Part shown: positions 41,008 through 55,515 of the stretch, piece by piece
How positions within the stretch are numbered: position 1 is the first letter of the stretch
Layout of the letters: every line of letters begins with the position of its first letter
Assembly (NCBI GenBank): GCA_964016885.1
Contig: OZ024766.1
Span: forward strand, 8,122,001-8,186,000
Length of the DNA stretch: 64,000 nt
Source of the DNA: Eledone cirrhosa
Taxonomy: Eukaryota
Reading direction: 5' to 3'
Notes under the pieces: model-generated
What the model saw: only the letters and a program-made list of their open reading frames with translations
Database searches by the model: none
Told to the model about the DNA's origin: nothing
Made by a program: the position numbers and the translations under genes

Positions 41008-43213
41008 GTGACCATGTAGAGGTTTACTCGTTGATATATAATTGATACCCTTTGATTAACCATCGATTGAATACGATTCAAATTGTTTTTCTGACTATTA
41101 AATTATGTCCGGGACTTTTAACATATGACACCTATTTTATGAAAGTGCAGGAAATCAAGCCAAATCAGTTCCTGTATGAGCAAGGCATGGTCAGCCGACA
41201 ACAGGACAACCCGTCTAACCCATGCTAGCGTGGAAGAACGGACGTAAAACGGTGATGATAGTGATGATGATGATATATATATATATATTTTTTATTTTAC
41301 TATATTTTTGTATATAATTGTTTCCTCTTTTGGCACAAGGCCAGAAATAAACCAGTGCATTACTGGTACTTTATTGTTTATGCTCCCATCGCAGTATCAT
41401 CCCCTTCGGAGGAGCTGGTTTGCCGAATCTATCTTGCAGTGAAGTCATCTCACATATATATACATATATCGTGTCGCATATATATATATATGTATTTTTT
41501 ATTATTACTATATATATATATATACATATAAATATAATAATAATAAAAAATAGACCAAAACCTAAAGAGGACTCGATAAAGTTTCAGATGACCCAGAAAT
41601 GCTTTGTTTAAACTTTTAATTCGGACTACTAATATATATATATAAATATATCATCTTCAATGTAGAGAAATGGCTTCTATAGGACTAGAAATGTTTCGAA
41701 AGGCAATCAGGCAGGGAGAAAGAGGCTAACAAGACGGGAAATACGTATTACTGCGGCTAGAGCAAGAAAGCTAGCTGTTTTGTTGCTTTCCGACAAGATA
41801 CGAATCTGTGGCTGAAGAATAAGAAGCTACAACAACGTTAATGGCGGAGAAGTGAGAAAAAAATTGATTTAAAAAAAATATCTTTAAAATTTCTAATTTA
41901 ACAACAAAGAGATTATTTCTTTGGTTGTTTAATAAAATATAAAAAGAGATCAGATTGATTACATGTGGAGAGGGTAAGTTGAGAAAGATTTACTTGAAGT
42001 CTAAAATAATGTGTGTAAATAATAGAATTATGTGAACCTAACAGCGATACAGTAATTATATAGAGGTGAAAATATTTAACAACTTTGGACATATTTCTTC
42101 ACTTTTATATACAGGAAAATACTGGGGACATATTTATTTCATAAATACATTACAAATCGTTTGCAATTCTTTCACAATGAATATATAAACAGAGCATATA
42201 AATAAATTTACAGTGGAATAACATAACAAATATGTTTTAAATATATACATAAATAACATAAATGCTCAGACAACATTATAAATAGCTCCCGATTCTGTCA
42301 GAAGGATGTATTCTTTTAATGTTACAATATTCAAGAAAATGTAAAGGAAGGGGTGAACAACGGAGCCAACACCAGGGCAAAAGACAGCAACGAGGAGTAC
42401 TGGGCAACCTCTCTAATGATTTTTGAGGCAAGCCAGCACACTGGCAGTGTAACTTCGGGTGATGGGGAGGCTGATGCCCTGAAACAGCCAAGCACCCTCG
42501 CAGTCAGCGGCCCGACTCCCCCAAACGTCTCGAAAGCCACAGGCTGAAAAGTGTAGCTAAATACTTCTAGACTGAAATGTTGATGTCGTAATTTTGGTAA
42601 ATTTATAGGAAAAACACTCATTCCCTCGATTTCAGTGGGGAAGTTAGTTTTTTGAGTTATCAACTAATGTAACCTCTTGGATGCTGGCAATCGAATTATT
42701 CCCCCGAAAAACAAATAGACGGATACTCTAAACTTGAACCCTAAACATAAAACTAAACCCTTAATCTAACCCTTTAGCATTTAAACCAGATATAATGTAA
42801 TTAAGTAAGAAAGTTATTAATTAAATTTTAATTTTTTTGATTTTTGTTAAATTTGTTTTAATTATTATTTTAAATGTAATTAACGAAGACAGTTATTGTT
42901 AAATTTTAATTAAATTTTAAATTATTTTTATTTTTGTTAAATTTTTTTTTAATGATTTTCAGAAAAGTATATTTTTTTAATTATTTTTTAAAATATCATC
43001 AAGTAAGAAAGTTATTAATTAAAATTTAATTAAATTTAAAATTATTTTATTTTATTTTTTTAAATACTTTTCATTTGTTTAATTTTTTTTTTTTTATGAT
43101 TTTAAGGAAAGTAAATACGAAATAAATTATATTTTTTTATTAAATTTCTTTTGATTTAATTTTTTTTTATTTAAATTTTTTTTTAAAACCTAAAATCTAA
43201 TATTCCAAAGTAT

Positions 43214-43873
43214 CTATAATACATCATAATAATGTTGTATCCAATATAGAATATTGCCGAAGATGTTTTCTTGAATAGCATGGCACCACAGGAACTCCTG
43301 GAGGGGAGAGCTGTAAAGTGCCTCATCTGTTCCTGTCATGGCTCAGAATTAGACTGTGTAAAGCACCCAGCTGCCTTCCACACGGTTTGTGTGGATTGTG
43401 GGGTTGTTAGGGTCCACAAGGTTGTAACAAGGGTTTCCAACTTGTTGTGGGAGGACATTGTATGTCTGCCGGCCTTTGGTAGATTGTAGGGTTGTTAGGG
43501 TCCACAAGGTTGTAACGAGGGTTACCAACTTGTTGTGGGAGGACATTGTATGACTGCCAGCCTTCGGTGGATTGTGGGGTTGTTAGGGTCCACAAGGTTG
43601 TAACGAGGGTTACCAACTTGTTGTGGGAGGACATTGTATGACTGCCAGCCTTTGGTGGATTGTGGGGTTGTTAGGGTCCACAAGGTTGTAACGAGGGTTA
43701 CCAACTTGTTGTGGGAGGACATTGTATGACTGCCAGCCTTCGGTTACAATGCAATTACATGGACGAATGTACAGAGCAATGGTGGGTAAAAGGGTCGCTA
43801 CATCTCGTTGTTCCACAGGTACCACCATTGTCACATTGGTACCTCACTCCACCATAACAAGAACCGTAACCCA
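43214..43873 (-). mobile_element. Merlin transposase relic (4 x 88-bp repeat)
   Basis: Contains HTNRVEGSW, the catalytic-Glu motif region of IS1595/Merlin, and LQEFLW. Confidence 0.8.
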
Positions 43874-44727
43874 CAAAAATCAACAACAAAAAAATAATTA
43901 AAAAAAATTAAATAATTCAAAATTTAATTAATAATAACTTTCTTAATTAATTACATTAAAAAAATAATAATAATAATTTCAAATAAACATTAAAAAATAA
44001 ACTAAAATAAATAAAATTATATAATTTAAAATTTAATTAATAACTTTCTTAGGAACATTTAAAAAAAAATAATTTTTAAAAAATGTACTTTTCTGAAAAT
44101 TATTTTTAAAAATAATTTAACAAAAAATATAAATTAAATAATTTAAAATTTAACTAATAATAACTTTCTCAATTAATTACATAAAAAAAATAATAATAAT
44201 AATTTGAAATAAATAATTTAAAATATAATTAAAATTTAATTAACAATAACTTTCTTAATTACGTTAAATAAAATAAAAAAATTTAACTACAAGATGCCCA
44301 TAACATTAATTCTGTAAAATACCATTTTAATATCCTCTCCTCTATAGCTTATTTTGTTTCTCTGTTATTTCAGAATATCACCTGACATTGACAGAAGAGA
44401 AATTTTAAATTGAGATACATCATCAATATCATCTTTTAAAAGACTAACACAAGATTTTACATAAATCTTTGTCTATTAAACATTTGATGAATTACATTGA
44501 AATATTTCTTCTGAATTGAGGTTTGTAAATAAATTTCTCTTCTTCACACTCTGGAAAGTGTACAAGAAGATTCTGCATTCTTATTAAACTTGAATTAATT
44601 TACAAAGGAGCTTGCAACATTTTCAGTTGTCAACAAATATCACAGTTGTTGGGAACATAACCAAGAAAAATATCTTTATTTTGTACTGAGAGAAGAAAAA
44701 TAAAGATTTATATTTTCACCTGAAGAG

Positions 44728-46263
44728 ATGTCGAAGGAGATAGGGGAATCATTATATCATTGTGATGTCTGCAATAAATCATTCTCTGGAAAAGATAGCC
44801 TCTCAACTCATAAATGTACTCACACAGGAGAGAAATTGTATCTTTGTTATGTCTGTGGTAAATCATTCTCTGAGAAAGTTAGCCTCTTAACACATAAACG
44901 TATACATACAGGGGAGAAGCCATATCACTGTGATATCTGTGGTAAGTCATTCTCACAGGCAGCAAGCTTGACTACACATAAATATATACACACAGGAGAG
45001 AAGCCATATCAGTGTGGTATCTGTGGTAATTCATTCTTACATGCAGGAACCTTGACTACACACAAACATATACATACAGGAGAGAAGCCATATCACTGTG
45101 GTATCTGTGGTAAGTCATTCTCACAGGCAGGAACCTTGACTATACACAAACGTATACATACAGGAGAGAAGCCCTATCACTGTGATATCTGTGGTAAATC
45201 ATTCTCACATGCAGGACACTTGACTACACACAAATATGTACACACAGGAGAGAAACTTCATCAATGTGGTATCTGTGGTAAGTCATTCTCACAGGCAGGA
45301 AACTTGACTACTCACAAATATGTACATACAGGAGAGAAGCCATATCGCTGTGATATCTGTGGTAAGTCATTCTTACATGCAGTAATCTTCACTACACACA
45401 AACGTATACATACAGGAGAGAAGCCATATCGCTGTGATATCTGTGGTAAGTCATTCTCACAGGCAGCAAACTTGACTACACACAAACGTATACATACAGG
45501 AGAGAAGCCATATCGCTGTGATATGTGTGGTAAGTCATTCTCACAAGCAGTAACCTTGACTACACACAAATATATACACACAGGAGACAAGCCATATCAC
45601 TGTGATATCTGTGGTAAGTCATTCTCACAGGCAGTAACCTTGACTGCACACAAACGTATACATACAGGAGAGAAGCCATATCGCTGTGGTATCTGTGGTG
45701 AGTTATTCTCACAGGCAGGACACTTGACTACACACAAATATGTACACACAGGAGAGAAGCCATATCACTGTAATATCTGTGGTAAATCATTCTCACATGC
45801 AGGACACTTGACTACACACAAATATGTACACACAGGAGAGAAACTTCATCAATGTGGTATCTGTGGTAAGTCATTCTCACGTGCAGGAAACTTGACTACA
45901 CACAAATATACACACACAGGAGAGAAGCCATATCGCTGTGATATCTGTGGTAAATCATTCTCACATGCAGGACACTTGACTACACACAATTATGTACACA
46001 CAGGAGAGAAACCTCATCAATGTGGTATCTGTGGTAAGTCATTCTCACAGGCAGGAGCTTTGAATACACACAAACGTATACATACAGGAGAGAAGCCTCA
46101 TCGCTGTGATATCTGTGCTAAATCATTCTCACATGCAGGAAACTTGACTACACACAAATATACACACACAGGAGAGAAACCTCATCAATGTGGTATCTGT
46201 GGTAAGTCATTCTCACAGGCAGGAACTTTGAATACACACAAACGTATACATACAGGAAATTGA
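44728..46263 (+). CDS. C2H2 zinc-finger protein, family A copy 5 (18 fingers)
   Basis: Intact 511-aa ORF. Confidence 0.92.
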   Translation: MSKEIGESLYHCDVCNKSFSGKDSLSTHKCTHTGEKLYLCYVCGKSFSEKVSLLTHKRIHTGEKPYHCDICGKSFSQAASLTTHKYIHTGEKPYQCGICGNSFLHAGTLTTHKHIHTGEKPYHCGICGKSFSQAGTLTIHKRIHTGEKPYHCDICGKSFSHAGHLTTHKYVHTGEKLHQCGICGKSFSQAGNLTTHKYVHTGEKPYRCDICGKSFLHAVIFTTHKRIHTGEKPYRCDICGKSFSQAANLTTHKRIHTGEKPYRCDMCGKSFSQAVTLTTHKYIHTGDKPYHCDICGKSFSQAVTLTAHKRIHTGEKPYRCGICGELFSQAGHLTTHKYVHTGEKPYHCNICGKSFSHAGHLTTHKYVHTGEKLHQCGICGKSFSRAGNLTTHKYTHTGEKPYRCDICGKSFSHAGHLTTHNYVHTGEKPHQCGICGKSFSQAGALNTHKRIHTGEKPHRCDICAKSFSHAGNLTTHKYTHTGEKPHQCGICGKSFSQAGTLNTHKRIHTGN

Positions 46264-48456
46264 GTGACCATGTAGACGTTTACTCGTTGATATATAATTG
46301 ATACCCTTTGATTAACCATCGATTGAATACGATTCAAATTGTTTTTCTGACTATTAAATTATGTCCGGGACTTTTAACATATGACACCGGTTTTATGAAA
46401 GTGCAGGAAATCAAGCCAAATCAGTTCCTGTATGAGCAAGGCATGGTCAGCCGACCAGACACTGCCAACAACAGGACAACCCGTCTAACCCATGCTAGCG
46501 TGGAAGAACGGACGTAAAACGGTGATGATAGTGATGATGATGATATATATATATATATTTTTTATTTTACTATATTTTTGTATATAATTGTTTCCTCTTT
46601 TGGCACAAGGCCAGAAATAAACCAGTGCATTACTGGTACTTTATTGTTTATGTTCCCATCGCAGTATCATCCCCTTCGGAGGAGCTGGTTTGCCGAATCT
46701 ATCTTGCAGTGAAGTCATCTCACATATATATACATATATCGTGTCGCATATATATATATATGTATTTTTTATTATTACTATATATATATATATATATATA
46801 CATATAAATATAATAATAATAAAAAATAGACCAAAACCTAAAGAGGACTCGATAAAGTTTCAGATGACCCAGAAATGCTTTGTTTAAACTTTCAATTCGG
46901 ACTACTAATATATATATATATATAAATATATCATCTTCAATGTAGAGAAATGGCTTCTATAGGACTAGAAATGTTTCGAAAGGCAATCAGGCAGGGAGAA
47001 AGAGGCTAACAAGACGGGAAATACGTATTACTGCGGCTAGAGAAAGAAAGCTAGCTGTTTTGTTGCTTCCGACAAGATACGAATCTGTGGCTGAAGAATA
47101 AGAAGCTACAACAACGTTAATGGCGGAGAAGTGAGAAAAAAAATTGATTTAAAAAAAATATCTTTAAAATTTCTAATTTAACAACAAAAAGATTATTTCT
47201 TTGGTTGTTTAATAAAATATAAAAAGAGAACAGATTGATTACATGTGGAGAGGGTAAGTTGAGAAAGATTTACTTGAAGTCTAAAATAATGTGTGTAAAT
47301 AATAGAATTATGTGAACCTAACAGCGATACAGTAATTATATAGAGGTGAAAGTATTTAACAACTTTGGACATATTTCTTCACTTTTATATACAGGAAAAT
47401 ACTGGGGACATATTTATTTCATAAATACATTACAAATCGTTTGCAATTCTTTCACAATGAATATATAAACAGAGCATATAAATAAATTTACAGTGGAATA
47501 ACATAACAAATATGTTTTAAATATATACATAAATAACATTATAAATAGCTCCCGATTCTGTCAGAAGGATGTATTCTTTTAATGTTACAATATTCAAGAA
47601 AATGTAAAGGAAGGGGTGAACAACGGAGCCAACACCAGGGCAAAAGACAGCAACGAGGAATACTGGGCAACCTCTCTAATGATTTTTGAGGCAAGCCAGC
47701 ACACTGGCAGTGTAACTTCGGGTGATGGGGAGGCTGATGCCCTGAAACAGCCAAGCACCCTCGCAGTCAGCGGCCCGACTCCCCCAAACGTCTCGAAAGC
47801 CACAGGCTGAAAAATGTAGCTAAATACTTCTAGACTGAAATGTTGATGTCGTAATTTTGGTAAATTTATAGGAAAAACACTCATTCCCTCGATTTCAGTG
47901 GGGAAGTTAGTTTTTTGAGTTATCAATTAATGTAACCTCTTGGATGCTGGCAATCGAATTATTCCCCCGAAAAACAAATAGACGGATACTCTAAACTTTA
48001 ACCCTAAACATAAATCTAAACCCTTAATCTAACCCTTTAGCATTTAAACCAGATATAATGTAATTAAGTAAGAAAGTTATTAATTAAATTTTAATTTTTT
48101 TGATTTTTGTTAAATTTGTTTTAATTATTATTTTAAATGTAATTAACGAAGACAGTTATTGTTAAATTTTAATTAAATTTTAAATTATTTTTATTTTTGT
48201 TAAATTTTTTTTTAATGATTTTAAGAAAAGTATATTTTTTTAATTATTTTTTAAAATATCATCAAGTAAGAAAGTTATTAATTAAAATTTAATTAAATTT
48301 AAAATTATTTTATTTTTTTAAATACTTTTCATTTGTTTAATTTTTTTTTTTTTATGATTTTAAGGAAAGTAAATACGAAATAAATTATATTTTTTTATTA
48401 AATTTCTTTTGATTTAAATTTTTTTTTAAAACCTAAAATCTAATATTCCAAAGTAT

Positions 48457-49193
48457 CTATAATACATCATAATAATGTTGTATCCAATATAGAATATTGC
48501 CGAAGATGTTTTCTTGAATAGCATGGCACCAAAGGAACTCCTGGAGGGGAGAGCTGTAAAGTGCCTCATTTGTTCCTGTCATGGCACAGAATTTGACTGT
48601 GTAAAGCCCCCAGCTGCCTTCCACACGGTTTGTGTGGATTGTGGGGTTGTTAGGGTCCACAAGGTTGTAACGAGGGTTACCAACTTGTTGTGGGAGGACA
48701 TTGTATGACTGCCAGCCTTCGGTGGATTGTGGGGTTGTTAGGGTCCACAAGGTTGTAAGAAGGGTTACCAACTTGTTGTGGGAGGACATTGTATGACTGC
48801 CAGCCTTCAGTGGATTGTGGGGTTGTTAGGGTCCACAAGGTTGTAACAAGGGTTACCAACTTGTTGTGGGAGGACATTGTATGACTGCCAGCCTTCAGTG
48901 GATTGTGGGGTTGTTAGGGTCCACAAGGGTTACCAACTTGTTGTGGGAGGACATTGTATGACTGCCGGCCTTTGGTGGATTGTGGGGTCGTTAGGGTCCA
49001 CAAGGTTGTAACAAGGGTTACCAACTTGTTGTGGGAGGACATTGTATGACTGCCAGCCTTCGGTTACAATGCAATTACATGGACGAATGTACAGAGCAAT
49101 GGTGGGTAAAAGGGTTGTTACATCTCGTTGTTCCACAGGTACCACCATTGTCACATTGGTACCTCACTCCACCATAACAAGAACCGTAACCCA
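48457..49193 (-). mobile_element. Merlin transposase relic (5 x 88-bp repeat)
   Basis: NLVDPNNPTIHTNRVEGSWGLYTVKF...LQEFLWCHAIQENIFGNILYWIQHYY. Confidence 0.8.
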
Positions 49194-50029
49194 CAAAAAT
49201 CAACAACAAAAAAATAATTAAAAAAAATTAAATAATTCAAAATTTAATTAATAATAACTTTCTTAATTAATTACATTAAAAAATAAACAAAAATCAAAAA
49301 AAAAAAAAATTATATAATTTAAACTTTAATTAATAACTTTCTTAGGAACATTTTAAAAAAAATAATTTTTAATAAATGTACTTTTCTGAAAATTATTTTT
49401 AAAAATAATTTAACAAAAAATATAAATTAAATAATTTAAAATTTAACTAATAATAACTTTCTCAATTAATTACTTAAAAAATATAATAATAATAATTTAA
49501 AATAAATAATTTAAAATATTAAAATTTAATTAACAATAACTTTCTTAATTACGTTAAATAAAAAAAAAAAATTTAACTACAAGATGCCCATAACATTAAT
49601 TCTGTAAAATACCATTTTAATATCCTCTCCTCTATAGCTTATTTTGTTTCTCTGTTATTTCAGAATATCACCTGACATTGACAGAAGAGAAATTTTAAAT
49701 TGAGATACATCATCAATATCATCTTTTAAAAGACTAACACAAGATTTTACATAAATCTTTGTCTATAAAACATTTGATGAATTACATTGAAATATTTCTT
49801 CTGAATTGAGGTTTGTAAATAAATTTCTCTTCTTCACACTCTGGAAAGTGTACAAGAAGATTCTGCATTCTTATTAAACTTGAATTAATTTACAAAGGAG
49901 CTTGCAACATTTTCAGTTGTCAACAAATATCACAGTTGTTGGAATTATTTGTTGGGAACAAAACCAACAAAAATATCTTTATTTTGTACTGAGAGAAGAA
50001 AAGTAAAGATTTATATTTCACCTGAAGAG

Positions 50030-51901
50030 ATGTCGAAGGAGATAGGGGAATCATTATATCACTGTGATGTCTGCAATAAATCATTCGCTGAAGAAGATAG
50101 CCTCTCAACTCATAAATGTACTCACACAGGAGAGAAATTGTATCTTTGTGATGTCTGTGATAAAACATTCTCTGAGGAAGATAACCTCTTAACACACAAA
50201 CGTATACATACAGGAAAGAGGCCATATCGCTGTGATATCTGTGGTATGTCATTCTCACGGAGAGGAACCTTGACTACACACAAACGTATACATACAGGAG
50301 AGAAGCCATATCACTGTGATATCTGTGATAAGTCATTCTCACATGCAGGAACCTTGACTATACACAAACATATACATACAGGAGAGAAGCCATATCACTG
50401 TGATATCTGTGGTAAGTCATTCTCACATGCAGGAACCTTGACTACACACAAATATATACACACAGGAGAGAAACCATATCACTGTGGTATCTGTGGTAAG
50501 TCATTCTTACATGCAGTAACCTTGACTACACACAAACGTATACATACAGGAGAGAAACCATATCAGTGTGGTATCTGTGGTATGTCATTCTCACAGGCAG
50601 CAACCTTGACTACACACAAATATATTCATACAGGAGAAAAACCATATCACTGTGATATCTGTGGTAAGTCATTCTCACAGGCAGCAAACTTGACTACACA
50701 CAAATATATACATACAGGAGAGAAGCCATATCACTGTGATATCTGTGGTAAGTCATTCTCAAAGAGAGGAAACTTAACAACACACAAATATGTACACAGA
50801 GGAGAGAAACCTCATCAATGTGGTATCTGTGGTAAGACATTCTCAGAGACAGGACACTTAACTAAGCACAAGCGTATACATACAGGAGAGAAGCCATATC
50901 TCTGTGATATCTGTGGTAAGTCATTCTCACAGGCAGGACACTTGACTACTCACAAATATATACATACAGGAGAGAAGCCATATCACTGTGATATCTGTGG
51001 TAAGTCATTCTCGAAGAGAGGACACTTAACAACACACAAAAATATACACAGAAGAGAGAAATCTCATCACTGTGATATCTGTGGTAAGTCATTCTCACAG
51101 GCAGGCGCCTTGACTACACACAATCGTATACATACAGGAGAGAAGCCATGTCACTGTGATATCTGTGGTAAGTCATTCTCACGGAGAGGTAACTTAAATG
51201 CACACAAATATATACACACAGGAGAGAAACCTCATCAATGTGGTATCTGTGGTAAGTCATTCTCAGAGACAGGACACTTAACTAAGCACAAGCATATACA
51301 TACAGGAGAGAAGCCATATCACTGTGATATCTGTGGTAAGTCATTCTCACAGGCAGGCGCCTTGACTACACACAATCGTATACATACACAAGAGAAGCCA
51401 TGTCGCTGTGATATCTGTGGAAAGTCATTCTCACGGAGAGGAAACTTAACTACACACAAATATATACACACAGGAGAGAAACCTCATCAATGTGGTATCT
51501 GTGGTAAGTCATTCTCAGAGACAGGACACTTAACTAAGCACAAGCGTATACATACAGGAGAGAAGCCATATCACTGTGATATCTGTGGTAAGTCATTCTC
51601 ACAGGCAGGCGCCTTGACTACACACAAACGTATACATACACAAGAGAAGCCATATCACTGTGATATCTGTGGAAAGTCATTCTCACAGGCAGGAGCCTTG
51701 ACTACACACAATTATGTACACACAGGAGAGAAACCGCATCAATGTGGTATCTGTGGTAAGTCATTCTCACAGACAGTAACCTTGACTACTCACAAATATA
51801 TACATACAGGAGAGAAGCCATATCAATGTGATATCTGTGGTAAGTCATTCTCACAGGCAGGAAACTTGACTACACACAAACGTATCCATACAGGAAATTG
51901 A
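50030..51901 (+). CDS. C2H2 zinc-finger protein, family A copy 6 (22 fingers)
   Basis: ATG at 50030 is homologous to the paralogue starts, giving 623 aa. The ORF-track start at 49949 is a TTG. Confidence 0.92.
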   Translation: MSKEIGESLYHCDVCNKSFAEEDSLSTHKCTHTGEKLYLCDVCDKTFSEEDNLLTHKRIHTGKRPYRCDICGMSFSRRGTLTTHKRIHTGEKPYHCDICDKSFSHAGTLTIHKHIHTGEKPYHCDICGKSFSHAGTLTTHKYIHTGEKPYHCGICGKSFLHAVTLTTHKRIHTGEKPYQCGICGMSFSQAATLTTHKYIHTGEKPYHCDICGKSFSQAANLTTHKYIHTGEKPYHCDICGKSFSKRGNLTTHKYVHRGEKPHQCGICGKTFSETGHLTKHKRIHTGEKPYLCDICGKSFSQAGHLTTHKYIHTGEKPYHCDICGKSFSKRGHLTTHKNIHRREKSHHCDICGKSFSQAGALTTHNRIHTGEKPCHCDICGKSFSRRGNLNAHKYIHTGEKPHQCGICGKSFSETGHLTKHKHIHTGEKPYHCDICGKSFSQAGALTTHNRIHTQEKPCRCDICGKSFSRRGNLTTHKYIHTGEKPHQCGICGKSFSETGHLTKHKRIHTGEKPYHCDICGKSFSQAGALTTHKRIHTQEKPYHCDICGKSFSQAGALTTHNYVHTGEKPHQCGICGKSFSQTVTLTTHKYIHTGEKPYQCDICGKSFSQAGNLTTHKRIHTGN

Positions 51902-52152
51902 GTGACCATGTAGACGTTTACTCATTGATATGTAATTGATACCCTTTGATTAACCATCGATTGAATACGATTCAAATTGCTTTCCTGACTATTAAATTAT
52001 GTCCGGGTCTTTTAACATATGACACCTGTTTTATGAAAGAGCAGGAAATATTGTCAAAGACAGCACGTACCTGCTATCTTAATTATAACTTTAATTAATC
52101 TAATTATGTCTTGTGTAGCAATTATCTCGTGTTAAGGTGAAAGTTAATATTC

Positions 52153-52487
52153 ATGGAGGCACATGGCTTAGTGGTTAGAGCATTGGCCTTGCAATCGAAG
52201 GGTTGTGAGTTCAATTCTCAGACCGGGTGATGTGTTGTTTCCTTGAGCAAGACACTTTATTTCACATTGCTCCAGTTTACTCAGCTGTAGAAATGAGATG
52301 ATAGGGACTGGGGTCCCTATCATTCCACTGAAAAGTGGTCGTGGAGGTGCCACGGTAAAAAAGCACCCAGCACTCACTGTAAATGAGGTTGGTGTTAGGA
52401 AGGGCATCCAGCTGTAGAAATCAAGCCAGAATCAGTTCCCGTCCCACCCTTGCAAGCAGGGAAAAGTGGACGTCAAATGATGATGAA
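52153..52487 (+). mobile_element. CORE-like tRNA SINE with RTE-shared tail
   Basis: A and B boxes, CORE-like motif, and tail CCCGTCCCACCCTTGCAAGCAGGGAAAAG.GGACGT.AAATGATGATGA. Absent at the paralogous sites ~28370 and ~63103. Confidence 0.8.
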
Positions 52488-52906
52488 TAACATAGAGTTT
52501 TTTTTCCTTGACATCAGTGTCACACTGTCATATCTATTCTTACTTTACAGTTGTGTCAACTGAGAGTTCCATTACAATCTGTATTAAAAGAATGACTATT
52601 TCACCAGAACATCTGCTGCTAGTCATTTACGGACACCCTATATATTTTAGACCACATATCATTCATTATACATAGCCACTTTTCTTAACATACAAATAGA
52701 AGTCTTTTTCTCTACAATAATACATATGTACCACTTGGAGAGGACTCACTTTGCTACAAGAATTCTATTGGTATATAGAAAATATATCTACATTGCATAT
52801 TTTCCACACGTGTAAACATAGTCCTATGATATCTAAGACAAGAAACTGAACTGTAATATATTATATACACATATTTCTCAATTTTTAAGAATTCTTCAAA
52901 AATTAC

Positions 52907-54369
<1,463 letters not shown>

Positions 54370-54759
54370 CTATGAAACATGTGGTAGATATTACTGTGAA
54401 CACCTGTGGGAAATCTTTTATCTGTCTAACTATCACAGGAAAAGCATGTGCAGACAAGATGGAGTAGAGGTTTAAAACCATGAAAATGAGGAGGCACAAT
54501 ACAAATAGTCATTGAGGAGGTCATAATGTGTAACAAATGAATAACAAACAATAAAGATAAAGTAAAAATAAAATGGTGCATGTATTTCTTTATATTGGCA
54601 ACATGACTATCTCCAAATATAAAAATATATAAGTATATACACATACATGTACATATATTTATATATGTTTGTATATATATATATACACACACATGTACAT
54701 ATATATATATATATATGTGTGTTTGTATATATATATATATACATGTACATATATTTATA

Positions 54760-55140
54760 TGACAGAGTACAAGACTTCCCTCTGGACAGGACACCAGTCC
54801 ATCTCAGGGTTAAAGTCTGTCTTAGTGTCATTGGTGTTAAGTGACTGAGTGTACGAGACTTCTCCCTGGACAGGACACCGGTCCATCACATGGTTAAAAT
54901 CTGTCTTAGTGTCATTGGTGTTAAGTGACAAGACTTCCCCCTGGACAGGACACCAGTCCATCACAGAGTTAAAGTCTGTCTTAGTGTCATTGGTGTTAAG
55001 TGACAGAGTACAAGACTTCCCCCTGGACAGGACACCAGTCCATCACAGAGTTAAAGTCTGTCTTAGTGTCATTGGTGTAAAGTGACTGAGAGTACAAGAC
55101 TTACCCCTGGACAGGACACCAGTCCATCACAGGGTTAAGG
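54760..55140. repeat. 84-bp minisatellite (~4.5 copies), paralogue of 30367-30968
   Basis: Same unit with small indels. Confidence 0.85.
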
Positions 55141-55515
55141 TCTTATATATATGTATTTCTGGAAGTCCGGAAACAGCCGTCGGAGTCTTGACTCTTTTCC
55201 TATTACCCACTCTACTACCCAAAGTATCGAGTATTCTGGTGGGTTATGGTCCACCTGGTGCCTTATTACACTTCCTTCGTTATATATATATAAAATAAAA
55301 ATATATAATATTTATTTATACAATGATATTAAATAAATGGAAACTATATTTATAAAACCATATTTATTCTATTGTATATATTTCAAGGGTACCAAAATTT
55401 TGACATAACCAAGGACAATATACCTTAACGGTTCAAAGTATATATATGTATATATATATAGTAAAATAAAACTATATAATAATTATTTATACATAGTATA
55501 TATTATATTATTTAT

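Noticed and set aside
43390-43745. 88-bp (and 48/80/84-bp) repeats as a CRISPR array
   Set aside because: Head-to-tail repeats with no unique spacers, no cas genes and a eukaryotic context. The units derive from transposon sequence.
49949-50029. N-terminal extension of copy 6
   Set aside because: Starts at TTG, and the homologous sequence is out of frame in most paralogues. The ATG at 50030 is the conserved start.
52153-52230. tRNA gene
   Set aside because: A and B boxes continue into a SINE body and tail, and dispersed copies exist. It is a SINE head, as at 407-593, 3985 and 19172.
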